Assembly: GCA_051362555.1 (NCBI GenBank)
Contig: CM120646.1
Span: 3,596,001 to 3,660,000 of the forward strand
DNA length: 64,000 nt
From: Lingula anatina
Lineage: Eukaryota > Animalia > Brachiopoda
Reading direction: 5' to 3'
The position numbers and the translations under genes were made by a program. The notes beneath the pieces were generated by a model. That model was not told the origin of the DNA, ran no database searches, and saw only the letters and a list, made by a program, of their open reading frames with translations. Every line of letters begins with the position of its first letter. Position 1 is the stretch's first letter. Shown here in pieces: positions 1 through 13,406 of the stretch.

Positions 1-217
1 ATCAACAAATTATTTAAGACTAAGTATAGAATATGTTGCAAAGAAATTTTTTGATGAGAAACTGTATTTTCATCATTGAATTAAACTGAGGAGGTGGTTT
101 TTCAGCTATTTTATCCTAGAGAGGTTGAAGAGAAACATTTATTTATTTGTACTACAGTGCCACAGTTGAAAAGAATTACAATGACAGCTGTGGCTATATT
201 AAGGTGAAGCAGTACAT

Positions 218-219
218 TT

Positions 220-254
<35 letters not shown>

Positions 255-256
255 TT
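218..256. repeat. (TTTA)n microsatellite
   Basis: Direct observation; (TTA)n at about 716-747, 10630-10680 and 12795-12855; (TAAA)n at about 46208-46246. Confidence 0.9.
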
Positions 257-712
257 TTGTGAAAAGTATTTCCTGCCTCCTAATTAATGCATCAAAGATG
301 ATGTTATTGTACTAATATTTTTTTTGAGTCCTCATGAGCTATTTACAAAGTCGAGCCAATTCTATGATATTTGATGATTTGTAGTAATAATTATATTGAT
401 GACAACAGCATATATCATTGTTATTATTTAATAATGACAAGTATTTATTAATTGCGATTATTTTTAAGTTTAATGGCAATTTCAACTAGTATTTAACTAC
501 AATTTATTTTAATTTTATCAGTGAACTTGCTTGATCTGAAATCATACCAAAATAAGACTATTATGATAAATTGAAAATAAGTTAATAAATAAAAATATTT
601 ATATTAATTTTCCATGAATTGCTTCTTCTTACAAACCGTTTCTGATGAATAATAGTTAGTGGCAAATTAGCTATAAATCTTGTTTCCTGCCAACTTTTTA
701 TATAGTTAAGAG

Positions 713-749
<37 letters not shown>

Positions 750-3009
750 AAACTTGAATATATATGTTCAGTTTACAAGTTGCTGAAAACTGTTGACCGA
801 CTCTTCATTAGTGATCATTAAAATGTTTTAATTATTTTAAAGTTTAATGACACTTACAAAAATGGCTATAAATTTATTTTAATTTTTTTAATGGTTAATT
901 TATATGTGAATGTGATAATACATGTATGTGTAATGAGATATGTAATTGTGTATCTCATATTGAGATTGGATAGTGTGTTTGTGTTAAATGTGATATACTG
1001 GTATAGGATATACTGTAGCACTGTTTCAGTTTTTGAAGGAAAACACTGCACAATAAACAGTTAAGATTTAGAAGCACCGTCTCATGATTAGTGTTTTGAA
1101 GTGTTTTTCGTTCATTTTTACTCACTGGTGTTCCGTTTTCTGTGAACAAAAGGGAAGCTATGATGCCTCAGAGAGCTCCCCTTTCACCTATATTCGATGC
1201 TTTATTACAAGGTTTGATATGAATTAGTTTACGAATGGTGAAACTAATTTTACAGGAATTTAACAGCTGGTGACATAAAAATATTCAATTTGTTAAAGAA
1301 CTGAGCGATTACTACAAGATAATGGAATTGGATAGGGTTAGCAATGATATAAATACCAGTAACCAGAGATTAAAAATTATCAAAAAGATACACGAAAAAT
1401 GCAGATGGCGCGCATGCTCCCTGTTTTAATGAAGCTTCCGTCTTTTGTAATTTCATAAACAGTCTTTTAGGTCTTTTAATTTTCACGGACTACTATTCTT
1501 TATTGTTGATTTGCTGGAGTATAACGAAGGACATGGTTTGACATAACTTGCCCTTTTTATATCTTTTAAAGTCGCTATAAACCTTATACGCTGCATACCT
1601 ACTGTATAAGGTACAGTGTACATGTTATGCTCTTAAGACTCTAAAAATGTCATGTAAAGGTGTTATTTAAAAATGTTGTTTAAGTCCAAAAATAGCCTTT
1701 CTCTTACGCGTAAATTCTCCATGTCATGCGTCTTGAGACCATACAGTGCATTTCGACCAATTAATCTGTGTACAAGAAGGTGGATTTAGAAGGTGTCCGG
1801 AAAGTTACTTTATCTTAATCCCAAAAGTATTAGATATCACAACTGCGCGAGGTACGTGCAATCCCTAGGAGGCTAGGTATTTCTTTCTGGAAGTTTAGAA
1901 TTATTTCCTCATTCCAATGTTATGGTAAACATTCGAGAGAATTCAAAGTCTTGCGACCTCGAAGTCTCTCGTAAAAGCGAGCAAAAACTGTCAGAATTTA
2001 TAATTATTCCTGGTTATATTTCTGGTTTTCAGTTCAGTTCTGGCGAAATCGTATTATACACAACGTATTCACCATATTTTGCTTGTTGCTTTTGCATTGT
2101 TTTCTAAGACGATATTCCCAGGACTTGAACACTCATTATAAAGGTTATCCCCAGCTCACGTGTTTTCTGGAGAGTTTTCTACTTCTGTATGACGTCGCAC
2201 AGTGTCAGCAGCCTCGTTTTTAGCTATACTGAAGATTTCCTCTGATGACCTACTGAAAACGGATTATTTGATTTTAAAAAGAATCAATTTCTTTACTTAA
2301 ATACTTATTCAAAAACGTTGCCAATGACAAAATTGTTCTGTACCAAATACACCTTAGACACGCGGACTCCTAACTGCAAAAAGATAAATATTCTGGAGAC
2401 TTTCCTACAGTTTTGAGGTTGTACGCTGAAAAAATTGAAGCCACGAAAAGACGCAAACAGCCGCAATGATTGGTACATGTCACGCGCGTCTGTGTGGAGA
2501 TAGATTTTGTTGGAGGTTTGTAAGAGTTGAAAGCGACATGACTCTCAAGTTACGTCAACTTCGTTTATAAGGGTCTACTTATTCAGCTGCGAAAATCACA
2601 CGTTATGCCTTTTTCATGTTTTATAACAGTGTCATTTGAGAGACGAACGCGACATGGGTCGTGTCAATCTCGCATCTGTGGAGTTCAGTAAGTGGCAAAA
2701 GAGACACAGCCATGTCATTTTCGGCTCTCAAAGCTCTGTAGTAAAAGACGAACTCGGCATAGGCCTTGTCGTTTTCGCATGTAAAGGGGCGTCTAAAAGA
2801 CGCACGCGTAGGCTCCTATGGGCCATGGTAGGTGCGGACAAACCCTCGAATAATACAAAGTTAGTTGATGGGTGTTGTGAATTAGGGTCAGCACAACACC
2901 AACTGTATTTCATTAATTCTACATGTAGGCCTACTAGTAGTCTCCTTTTTGGACGTGTTTATTCTCCGTGGTGTGTGTGAGTGTGTTTGTTTCCGCATGT
3001 GTGTGTGTG

Positions 3010-3171
3010 CAGGCCCGTAGCCAGCAATTTCAAAAGGGGGGTTCTTTTTCTGAAAAAGTGGACCTTTTTCCTCAAAAACTCCATGTACCTAGATCAAATA
3101 TTACCCAGAGTGGACCTTTCCCAGCAAAAGGTTCTTTCGAACCCCCCGAACCCCCCCTGGCTACGGGCCTG
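3010..3171 (+). mobile_element. MITE family A (hAT-like; TIR CAGGCCCGTAGCCA), inserted in a (GT)n tract
   Basis: Termini caggcccgtagccag ... ctggctacgggcctg; homologous copies at 17778, 43914 and 45732. Confidence 0.8.
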
Positions 3172-3978
3172 GTGTGTGTGTGTGTGTTTGTGTGTGTGTG
3201 TTTTGGGCGGGGAGAAGAGGTTATATAACTTTTTTGGACAATTAAATACTGTATAAACGATTATGTACAGTTTTTGTAGTTACATGCAGTTCACAGGTTT
3301 AATTAATGTTTAAAAGATATGAAAAATGTAAAGGCCTGAACAATGCACCCTCATTTAAATTGCTTCTCCCAATCGATAGACGATATTGTGTTTTTTCTCT
3401 AATTTTTTAAAATTGTCATTTGCCAAATTTTAGACAAGATTTCGTTTTTTTAAAAATGCTATGTTTAACATTTATCACGCAGAACAAATCTCCGTTTACT
3501 TACTTAAAGAAATGTAGACAATTAAATAAAATCAACGCAATATTTCTTAGAATATTTTTTGCACGATAGGCCTTATACCGCGGTATATATAGTTATCAAT
3601 GAAAATATTATCCGCCCGTCTCCTTCCGTATCCATCCGCTCACAAAGATAACCATGGTTTATCGCTCGGTTGTACTGGCCGGAGTTGTAGCAGTCTTACT
3701 CTTTATCGCTCTAATTTGATTAATTAGGGGACTCATATCAAAAGAATATCGGGAGTGATCTCATCACATCCCCCGCCTGGGTGGAAGAGACTGCCAAACA
3801 TGCCTCCGGCGGTGAGTTCGCGGTCACGTCACGCATGGAAATAACACGGAAGGTTAAAGTGCTTGGTGTATATTTAGTTAGACACTCCTAATACTTTGTT
3901 TTAAACAGATTTAGAGAGCGTAATGTTACTTTTGAGACCAGTTCGTGTGTGATACAGCATGGGGGTATTACTGAGAAC

Positions 3979-4160
3979 ATGAGGTGGTTTGAAATCTGGC
4001 TAGCGCTCTGCTGGGTGACGGTCAGCTTGGAGAAGAGGACGCTGGCGCTGGCGGAAGGGGGATGTTTTGAGGAGTACGCCGAGGTGTAAGTAGGACATCC
4101 ACTACTATGGTTGTGCATGGCTCAGTGTTTTTAACAGAAGCACGGTGTTTTGATATTTTA

Positions 4161-4212
<52 letters not shown>

Positions 4213-7200
4213 GTGATCCATGAAATATGTTGTGTTTAAATGCCTCAAGGTGACTCGTTATATGTTAATTGTGTTTAAATTACTCAAGGTGACTCGTAAT
4301 AAATCAAAAGATGAAAAGGAAGATCAAGGAAGTCATACCTGTAGTCGTTGCACATGCCACTGGCGTCCGCAATTGTACGCATTCTGCATACATTTCTTTC
4401 AAAAATGTCTCTTCAAGTTTCTCGCAAAAGTTAATTCGCAGTTTTGTCCATGATAGAAACTAGCACGCATCCAGACGCTGAGGACAAAAAAGCATAACCA
4501 GATTGATGTAGTTAGCATACCTGCTTATAATCGGTAACCAGGATGTCGATAGATATTTCTGCATTACCTTATGATAATAGGGACCCCTAAAATACATGTA
4601 CTATACAAAATCACAGTCAGTGTGGACCTTCAACATTTTTGTGTCAGATTAATTACTAGCGTACCCTGCGGTCAGAGAGTATCGCTGCATCAACATCTTA
4701 TTTCTGTCGCTGTCGTCTGTTATGAGTACAGTTTTCAAATTATGTGGCAGGCGACATATATGACTTTACCTACAAAAGGCACGTAACCAGGTCTGCCTTT
4801 ATTATTACCAGGTCACATGTTATCTATTTCATGAGTTAAAAGATTCACATTTTAATCAATTCTACAGCAAAGTATTAATGTTTGAAATACGCTTCTTTTC
4901 TAAGGATGGGTTATTGTTTGTTTGCGTTTGTCGTCTCAGTAATTACAAAGCCCCATTTTCTCACACACCCCCTACACCGCCAGGCCCACAGATTGTTTTT
5001 TCACTGGATATTTAGGGATATGTCTGTGGCTAAATCTAAAACAATTTTCCCCTGTCGAGAATGTTGGTGTGGATTTAATATCATCACTTAGTAGGCCTCT
5101 AGTATAATAGACAGCGGTAGATCTATACATGTAGATTGCCCTTTCTCCCAGTTCTGAGTAGATTATAATAACAACAAGAATGTACGTGTTAGTCATATTA
5201 GGCATGCATTAGTGTTGAACTGATTTAAATACCTAATCAGGTTAAGAAATGATTAAAATGTGTACTCTAGATCACGTTATCTGTAATAGGCTGCATTCAC
5301 AACCTTAGTTGATCCGCAGACTAACAGATCTAACAGACCCAGTGTTAGAGTGCATTCCCAGAAATTTAGATCGATCCATCCGGATCGACCTAACTCCCTG
5401 GGGGTTCACGCTAAATTGCAGTCAGCCGAGCGGGCACCATAGTTAATTACTCCCTTACAGCTTTTAGTAGGCGGGACAGACGCTTAAGCCGGCTAAGCTG
5501 ACAGTAATCTATTGAGACTCTCCACAGGGATAGATCGATCTAAAATTTGTGGGAATGGGGTCTTAGATCGGGATTACTTAGACAATCGATATTATCATTT
5601 ATTAATCGACTTGAGTCAGAGAGGTCATGACGAATTTGTTTAGGTCAATGTATAGATATTAATGACCTGTGTAATGATACACATAACATAACTGTATAAA
5701 TTTCATTGCATTTGAGCATTATAAGGACTACACCAAAGACGTCTTTTTTTTGCATTTTATAGAGAAAAAGAGAACATTACTAAAAAGTTGTCACATGGGT
5801 ATCATTCAACCGGTCATATAGCTAATCAACCAGACAACGTCCTCCATAGGCCGAAACCTATACTTTATGTTTGAAACTCCTCACAATATACATAAAGATA
5901 CCATTGAATTTATTATTATTATTATTATTAATGTAAACAAAAATGACGAAAACTGTTTTAAATTAACATAATAGCATTGTATTGTTTACAGGTACCAGGA
6001 AACGTACTTGAGGGCCGAACCCGTGGTCACCCATGTCTCCGTCACTCAGTCCTGTGGTATATTTGGGTGGGGCAGATGCCGCGTGCAAAGGTAATTCACA
6101 TTCCAGGTCCTCCACGGATTACGTAATTTGAATGTAACCTCGGGTAAATATACGGAATTAGCCGAGGTTAGCCGAGTGCAATATCACATACCGATTGTAT
6201 AATGATTTTTTTAACACACAATAATCGGATGTTAATTAATATGAAAAAGAAAAATGCACGAAACTGCAAGTGCTGCACGGTCAAATTTGACTTAATGATG
6301 ACATAGAACATAACCTGTGCAACTATGATCTACATTTAGACATTGTGATGTAAATCATTTTATTCAGGAAATGCGTCTGAATACGCTTAAGTACGTGTGT
6401 CTGTGGTTTTGTTACATGTCTGTACACTCGTCGAATAGTTTTAGCAATTTTTGTACCAGCAATTGCCTAGTACTTTGTCACTTGATTAGCAATGAATGGC
6501 TAACTTAAGAAAATAAAATAATAATATTTTCTGGAAATTATTCCAGTTTCTTTTCATCCCAAGGTACATGTATCTCCTATCCAAATCTGTCTTGAAAATC
6601 GCGATCTCTGTACTTTATTGGAAGTCCTTTTACATTTGTTTATTTTACGAATAGAAGTTGATTTCAACAGATTCCATCCCCACTATGAGAGCGAATCGGA
6701 ATAGTGAAACAAGTTTATAGATCGGGGGTATGTCAATTGTATTTGATATGAAGTACCTCGGTGATGGAGGGGGCACGTTGACCTTTCTATAGGAAATTCA
6801 GTTTGTGCCATGTGAAGTTGTTTAAAAAAAGATAACTCGCGGGATACCCCTGTAATAGGAGGAAATACACGCGGCTACCCTGAATGGCTAAGATGCCAAA
6901 CAATTAAGATCTACTGAGATTACATAAAATCTTTTAAGTAGAAAAATATCAAAGTATTGTTTCGGCCGGATGAAATATCTGGATAGTACAATGACCTTTT
7001 GGAAAAAGATTGCTTACTTTAGACAATTTAAGGAGATATTTGTCCAATTCTTGAATAGTGCCCATGATATAAAGACAATTAAATCTAAATTCCTCGTGTA
7101 TTTTGTCTTTTATAGACGTATTACAAAGACTCGTCACGTGACCGCAACCCGCCTGGCAACGAGACTTCGGAAACGATGCTGCGAGAACTGGACAGGGGAG

Positions 7201-10200
7201 CTTTGCGGTACGTATTCCTAATAAATATTAATCAACATCACTTGTTTGCTATCAGCCATCGAGTTATGAAATGAATTTCTCTTTCGACAACTGTGGCCGT
7301 CTGCATATGTTGGTGAGCCACATTGTTGTAAGTTGTAGTGTTATGTGTCAATTGAAAACTGTCCATCGGAGCATTCAGTTGTAAAAGACAAGTTGCATGG
7401 TCTTTCCTATCATAGGTGCAAATAGACCATTGTGGATCTATTTAAAATTCCCCGAATAGAATCTGTGTAAAGAAATGACGTAATGTTTTTCTTGTGTAAC
7501 GAATACAAGTATCTTTATAGTTTGAAAAATGAAAAAACTAAACAGTACTTAGTTCTCGTGATTATTATTAAATGGTAAGCCTACAGTTTTATGTCAAAAT
7601 TCAGCTATATTTCTTTTCTTGAAAATCTTAAGTTTAAAAAGCCAGCTGAAGATATTTCAGATTGGAATAGAACGTTTCCTCATACGGAAGACATTCTAGT
7701 TATGAACTCGATTCATACTCTTCCAGATCAAAGTTTAATTACTTCCACAGTGTCAAGTTCCCCGTCCACTACTCCTACTTCTACAATGACCAGGCCACCC
7801 CCAATAATCGTGACAGTGTCAAAATCTCCTGGAACCTCCTCAGAACACAGCAGTACGAGCTTTAGGAAGCCAACAAAGGTTCTCATACCCACGCAGGACC
7901 TCTGGCCCAGTACAGGTACGGACTCCACGCCAGGATTATCTGGTCAGACTACGGCAAGAGGAACCCCAGGAACGAATTCTACTGTAAAGGCACCTGCAAC
8001 TCCAACCTTAAGACCGACGCCAATACTGACGCCAATGCCAACAGCACTGCGACCTAGTCCTACAGGGCTACGGCCGACGACTTGGCCCGGGCCGACGCCA
8101 TCTTCAACACCAATACCAAGACCTTCACTAATGCCGTCACGTACTGCAGAGCCAACGCCCACGCCACAAACTCCAAGAAGGCCTACCCCAACAAAAGGAC
8201 CGGGGCCACAGCCAACGCCCATGCCAGAAACTCCAAAAAGGCCTACTCCATCAGTGTTTCCGGGGCTAGAGCCAACGCCTTGGATACCGCCACGAACTGC
8301 AGGGCCAACGCCCATGCCAGAAACTCCAAAAAGGCCTACTCCATCAGTGTTTCCGGGGCTAGAGCCAACGCCTTGGATACCGCCACGTACTGTAAGGCCA
8401 ACGCCCATGCCAGCGACCACGCTATCGCCAACGCCATCGCCATCGCCACGTACTGCAGTACCAAGGCCAGGGACAGTTGTCACTCCTTCACCCAGTACTG
8501 TGACGCCGCAACCCAAACCACCCGACAAGACCCCCTCTTCGTGGACGGATGTCCCAACACGGTATGTGCCAGACCAAGGGTCTGGGGTAACCCATTTCAA
8601 TGTCAGCGTGACCTCCTCGTGGTCACCGAGTTTGCAAACGTCACCAACTACGTCAGCTACGACACACGAGGAGAAATATACGACAACCACCCTTGATGCA
8701 CGAGGCGAATGGACAACCGCAGGCGATAAGGGCCACTTGACATCACCTAGCGTGTGGTCAGCTGTGACTACCGCGGGCGAAACGGACGGTGTAACACCAA
8801 CGCTAATTCACCTGTCTTCAGATGTTACTATCTCCTTTTTGTCTAGAAATATAAGCGAAGAGCTCCTCTTCCTCTGTGAGTTTGATTTTCATCGCCCTTT
8901 CGATAGCAAGACGTGTGAATTGAAGGTAAGTGTATGTAGTGTATGTATAGTGTATGTTTGAATGGACACTTAAACAGAAGTTTATGTGCCGCTTGAAATT
9001 GGACATATGAACGCTTAAAATTTGTGAGGTCTTTTAACCCCTTACATACAGTCAAATTAACCTAACTTTTGCTGTCTGTTTGCACATGCAGCAGCAGTGT
9101 TTACCGCAAAGCTGGTCCCACCTACCTCGATCACTAAGCCACTTATCTTATCCTAAAAGATAAATGACATGGAACGTAAACCAATGAAACCTGCTCATGC
9201 ATGAACGGAATACCAAAGGTACTTCCTTATGGGGAATTCCCCTGGATTCTCCTCACATGTGACGTGTTTCTACTGGCTAGTACAGGTGCTGTCCTTAAAA
9301 CTGTCACGTGTTTTGTTTGCGGTTTGATAAATAAGCCGAGGCGTGTGCCTTGCTTAATGCTTTTCGACATCGTCTGGAGCACGCGCAAAGGCTTTTTTAG
9401 TCAAAGTAACTTACTGTTGAATCGAAAAATGTCACGATCGGTTTGATGCGGTGACAATAATGCAACCGTTTAGCAGAATAACATCACGGAATTTTCAGTA
9501 TATTTTTGTAATTTAAGCTACTGCCTTGCGTAGAAAGGAACCCGTCAAAGGACAGCGCGGTATCTAAGATAGAACAGGAACAAAACACACAACGAGATAC
9601 CATTTTGCAGTTCCGCTCCGACTACAAATTGTTTTGAAAACTTAACTTACACTGGTAGAAATGCACATCTAAATTGACTTCTTTACCGGACAAGCACTGC
9701 TGTTGAGTTAACGAGAATAAAGCGCAGCTTTGTCAATGGAAATGCCTGGGTCGTTAAGGAAGGTGGCGTGTGTTGTGTGAACCACCTGACGCTATACGTG
9801 TATGCAGAAAATCCGTTATCATGCCCACTGCGACAGATAACACGAACATGTATCAGTGACTGTTATTGATTCCCCCCACAGAAAAAAACTGCAGTATAAT
9901 GAAAGACTAACCAAACTTTTCTCTACCTTTTCTGACATACGCCATAACTCTGTAGGAATCTGGGAAAATTAAGTAGGCCTTAGCCCACACATAACGATGG
10001 TTTTCAAATTCCGCCCACCCTTCGGGCTCTACAATGTCATTAGGAATCAGCACGTTAAAAGTTAAACTGTCTTAAAAGACAGCTGACTGGCGGCAAAGTT
10101 CGACCTGGCTGTGGTAAAAATATTCATCAATTTTTATCAAAGAAAGGTATTTTGTATTTGTTTCTTTATATTCGTTCTCTATTTTAGTGGCTACGCCATG

Positions 10201-10629
10201 GACAGCGAATCAGCAAGATCAGCTCTCGCTTCCACGAGAATTTCTACAGCGGCAAAGGAAGGACCCGTTTTCTAAATGTCCTGAAAATCTCGCCACTGAA
10301 TAGGACGGACGTGGGGGAGTACGTGTGTGTGGCAAGCACGCAGACGGCGTCCAGTAATGTGTCAGTTGAGATAAGAGGTGAGAAAGATTGTGACTGCCTT
10401 GGTGTGTGCGTGTTTGAAGGAATTTATTTGATATTAGGGTTTTAAATTGATGTGCATGCCTTTGTGTGTGTTTGGATGCAAATCTTTTACACCACTGGTT
10501 CTTGACGTTCATTTAGACCTACCTTTTTGTTTATTTTTTGACAAATTATTCATCGTCAAGCCAACCATGTGTACATCTGAATTCCACTGTAGAATTTATT
10601 AAGGTGTTATTAATACCTACATTTTGGTG

Positions 10630-10665
<36 letters not shown>

Positions 10666-10994
10666 TATTTATTATTATTAATTTTTTTGTTGTTGTTGCA
10701 GAGCTCTTGGTATCTGAGCCACTTGGTACTAACGAACCTTTTCATATTGACAACCGTGCCGCCATAGCGACCATCACTGGCCTGGCGTTGTTGTTTGTGG
10801 TGACAGTGGTGGTTTTGCCTTGGGTCGTGTACCAGAAACGGTTTATCATAAAACTGAGAGCGAAGAGGTATTTTGGAAAGTACGAAGATACAGGTAAATT
10901 GTGTTAATTGTTTGCTTTTCTTTTAATACATTATTTTTTTTTCTGTACCTGTATTTAAATATATTTTCCTTGAGATTTTTCCGTGGATGTTTAT

Positions 10995-11026
<32 letters not shown>

Positions 11027-11313
11027 AACGCTGCTGTTTTTCATGACATGACATTATTTTAATTTTGTATTTTGCAGATGATAAGCTTTATGATGTATTC
11101 GTATCTTACTGCCCAGACTCGGTAGACGAAATATTCGTAGTTCGAACACTGGTTCCTAAACTGGAACAGACATATAATATGCGAGTGTGTGTTGACTACA
11201 AGGAGTTTTTGCCTGGAGAAGGTGGGTTTTCTGAAAATTGGATGGTCCGAGATCCTTACTGGAAAATTTTCTTTGAATGTTAAGTCACCTTCATCCTGCT
11301 CTCCTTCTGTCAT

Positions 11314-11349
<36 letters not shown>

Positions 11350-12027
11350 GTGCGCGCGCACACACATACTCGCACGTACGCTCGCGCATCTGTGCACATG
11401 AACTGACATAACTCGCATATTTAGTGCACCAATATTTCATTTTGCAATAATAATGGAAGACGTTAATATTAACATAAATGACTAGTTTCCGTTTATCTTA
11501 TAATGTTTTTCTTTCTTATTTTATTCATACTTTTAGTCCTAAGTGTCAGTGTTATAGAAGCCGTGGAATCAAGTCGAAGAACAATTCTCGTTCTCTCTCC
11601 GAGATTTATCGAGAACGGCTGGTGCAGATTTCACTTTCTTAGCGCGCAGTTGGAAATGCTTCAATCCAAGCACAGCATTATACCTTTGATATATGAGGAC
11701 ATAAGCAAAATAAGTTCCACAGACAAAGATCTCAGAAATATACTTAAGATCGCCAAACCAGTGCGGTGGCCATCTGAGAGAAGGCCTAGGACTGAAAACA
11801 ACTTCTGGGACCACTTGCATTTATTATTGCCAAAGAAACGAAAACCAGCGTCTGGTTTTAGGGTAAACTTTTCTCGATGGGTGTTTGCAAGCAATAAAGT
11901 GGATTATGTCAGTACAGATCTGAGTTATGACAATAGCAGGCCAAAATCGAGGTCCGAACGTTCAAACGGGGTCATAAGCCCGGCAGATTTTACGGACTTA
12001 AAACTCCACATAGAAGACATTGTTTGA
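3979..12027 (+). CDS. Single-pass Ig-TIR (IL-1R-like) receptor with N-terminal EMI-like domain and mucin-like stalk; 8 exons, 837 aa
   Basis: Exons 3979-4085, 5992-6090, 7116-7207, 7727-8925, 10188-10377, 10702-10893, 11078-11221, 11537-12027; all GT-AG and phase-compatible, 2514 nt in total. Signal peptide MRWFEIWLALCWVTVSLEKRTLA. EMI-like Cys pattern GGC...SCGIFGWGRC...KRCCENWTGELC. P/T/S-rich stalk. Ig domain LLFLC...LKWLRHG...LKISPLNRTDVGEYVCVAS. TM AAIATITGLALLFVVTVVVLPWVVY. TIR box1 YDVFVSY, box2 VCVDYKEFLPGE, SRRTILVLSPRF, box3 FWDHL. Confidence 0.9.
4166..4209. repeat. (CT)n microsatellite
   Basis: Direct observation; further (CT)n at about 10999-11025 and (CT)n(CA)n at about 11314-11350. 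Confidence 0.95.
5349..5563 (+). mobile_element. MITE family B (probably PIF/Harbinger-derived; CATTCCCA...TGGGAATG ends)
   Basis: Core ctccctggggg-ttcacgctaaattgcagtcagcc...ttagtaggcgggacagacgcttaagccggctaagctgac recurs at about 35130, 42259 (reverse) and 12230 (diverged); boundaries approximate. Confidence 0.7.
8212..8410 (+). repeat. Coding 93-bp tandem repeat (31 aa, PTPMPETPKRPTPSVFPGLEPTPWIPPRTAG) in the mucin stalk
   Basis: Near-identical units start at 8212 and 8305, with a partial third at 8398; degenerate PTP units lie upstream. Confidence 0.85.
9231..9242. promoter_or_regulatory. Perfect palindromic NF-kB (Rel) consensus site GGGGAATTCCCC in intron 4 of the TIR receptor gene
   Basis: Direct match to GGGRNWYYCC on both strands; a second kB-like site GGGATACCCC at 6841-6850 (intron 2). 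Function is not demonstrated. Confidence 0.4.
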
Positions 12028-12229
12028 CAATGTCGGCGTTGCAGCAGTGATTAACCTATTAGATACAGGTCTAATTGGTCGGTTAGTTCCAGATACTTGA
12101 CTAGAGTCATCATCGGTTGGACTAATTTAAAGGGAATGTGCCTTCCAAATGATTGCACAGGACCAGACACACACGAGCACGTGCTTTGTCGCAAACGACA
12201 TTTATACTGGGTTCCCATACCTACATCGA

Positions 12230-12440
12230 TCTCACAGGATCGATCCATCTCCAAATGGTTTCTCATTAAATTGCTTTCCACTTAAGCGTCTTATATTTCT
12301 GGCACACCTACTGAAGCTGTTAAACGATAATTAATTATCCCCTCACAGCTTCAGTAGGCGTGACAGACATCTAAGCCGCTTAAGCGGAAAGCAATTTAGC
12401 GAGAACCCCCCTTGCAGATAGATCGATCCACAGTTAGTAC
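12230..12440 (+). mobile_element. Diverged MITE family B relative in the 3' UTR/flank of the TIR gene
   Basis: gatcgatccatc...taattatcccctcacagcttcagtaggcgtgacagacatctaagccg...gatagatcgatc. Confidence 0.55.
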
Positions 12441-13406
12441 GATAGGGTCAGCGAATGGACCCTTACAAAAAATCATTTCTATTTTTATTTTGGTTCAAAT
12501 TATACATAATTATTGGAAATTTATATTTAATATTAGTGAAGAAAGAAATTACTTATATGATTAGTCTTATTTATTTATTGCTTCTCTTCCTAATTAGGGT
12601 TTACGTGTGATGGGTATAAGGTAAAAGTAGCGTGCTGGCGGTCCTTAATACTTGCTATGAAAAGATTTGTGAAATGTAAAAAGTTCCTGAAGACGCCTAG
12701 TAAATATAAGTGAGAATGTGTTTACGTCTGAGGGATCAGCTTGCCGGCATTGGTTTGCGGAGTCATTTAGTTTCCTTTAAGACTAGCGCCTGTTATATTT
12801 ATTATTATTATTATTATAATTATTATTATTGTTGTTGTTGTTGTTGTTGTTGTTGCTTAGTCCACGGTAAATAATGGAAGTGTGTCTTCTGTTATAGCGA
12901 TATTTACTTTAACTTGAAGGGCTAACGAACACTATGGCAAATTACTAAATAAATACAGTAAATATGAAGAAAACTCAAAAAGAAAATAAACTGATTCCCC
13001 GACTTCGTGGAAACCTATCACTGGAACATTGATCCGTTTGATTAGTGAAGTAAAACAAAGGGTATTTACCTCCTGGTAAACCTTGCCGCTCGTCAACCAT
13101 CTTTGAAATCGCGCGTGATCTGGAAGCCGGCGCGAGAATTGAAATCGAATGGATGGCAGAATTTGAAAAACCACCGCTTAAAACGAGGGTAAAGGGCATT
13201 TTCATTGACCCATTGGTCCTCAAACGAATTATACCCCATCAACGAAGTGTTTACCTCTCTTAACCTTTGATAAGATATATATCTCATGTACGCAAACTTA
13301 TATCATATTGTGTAAGGATTAAAGTCCTAAACTGATGTAAATATAAAGATACCTGCCACATTGTTTGGCCAGATTATATCAGGCTGATAGGAACAGTGTA
13401 TAAGTC

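Noticed and set aside
2636-3256. Cluster of 60-114-aa ORFs upstream of the TIR gene
   Set aside because: They overlap a MITE and (GT)n tracts; no domain or splice support.
7944-8696. 248-aa minus-strand Gly/Val-rich ORF and 204-aa alternative-frame ORF
   Set aside because: Shadows of the repetitive Pro/Thr-coding exon 4; no splice or start context of their own.
8860-8925. LLFLCEFDF read as the start of a MAM domain
   Set aside because: Splicing to 10188 gives C...W...DxGxYxC, which is an Ig domain.
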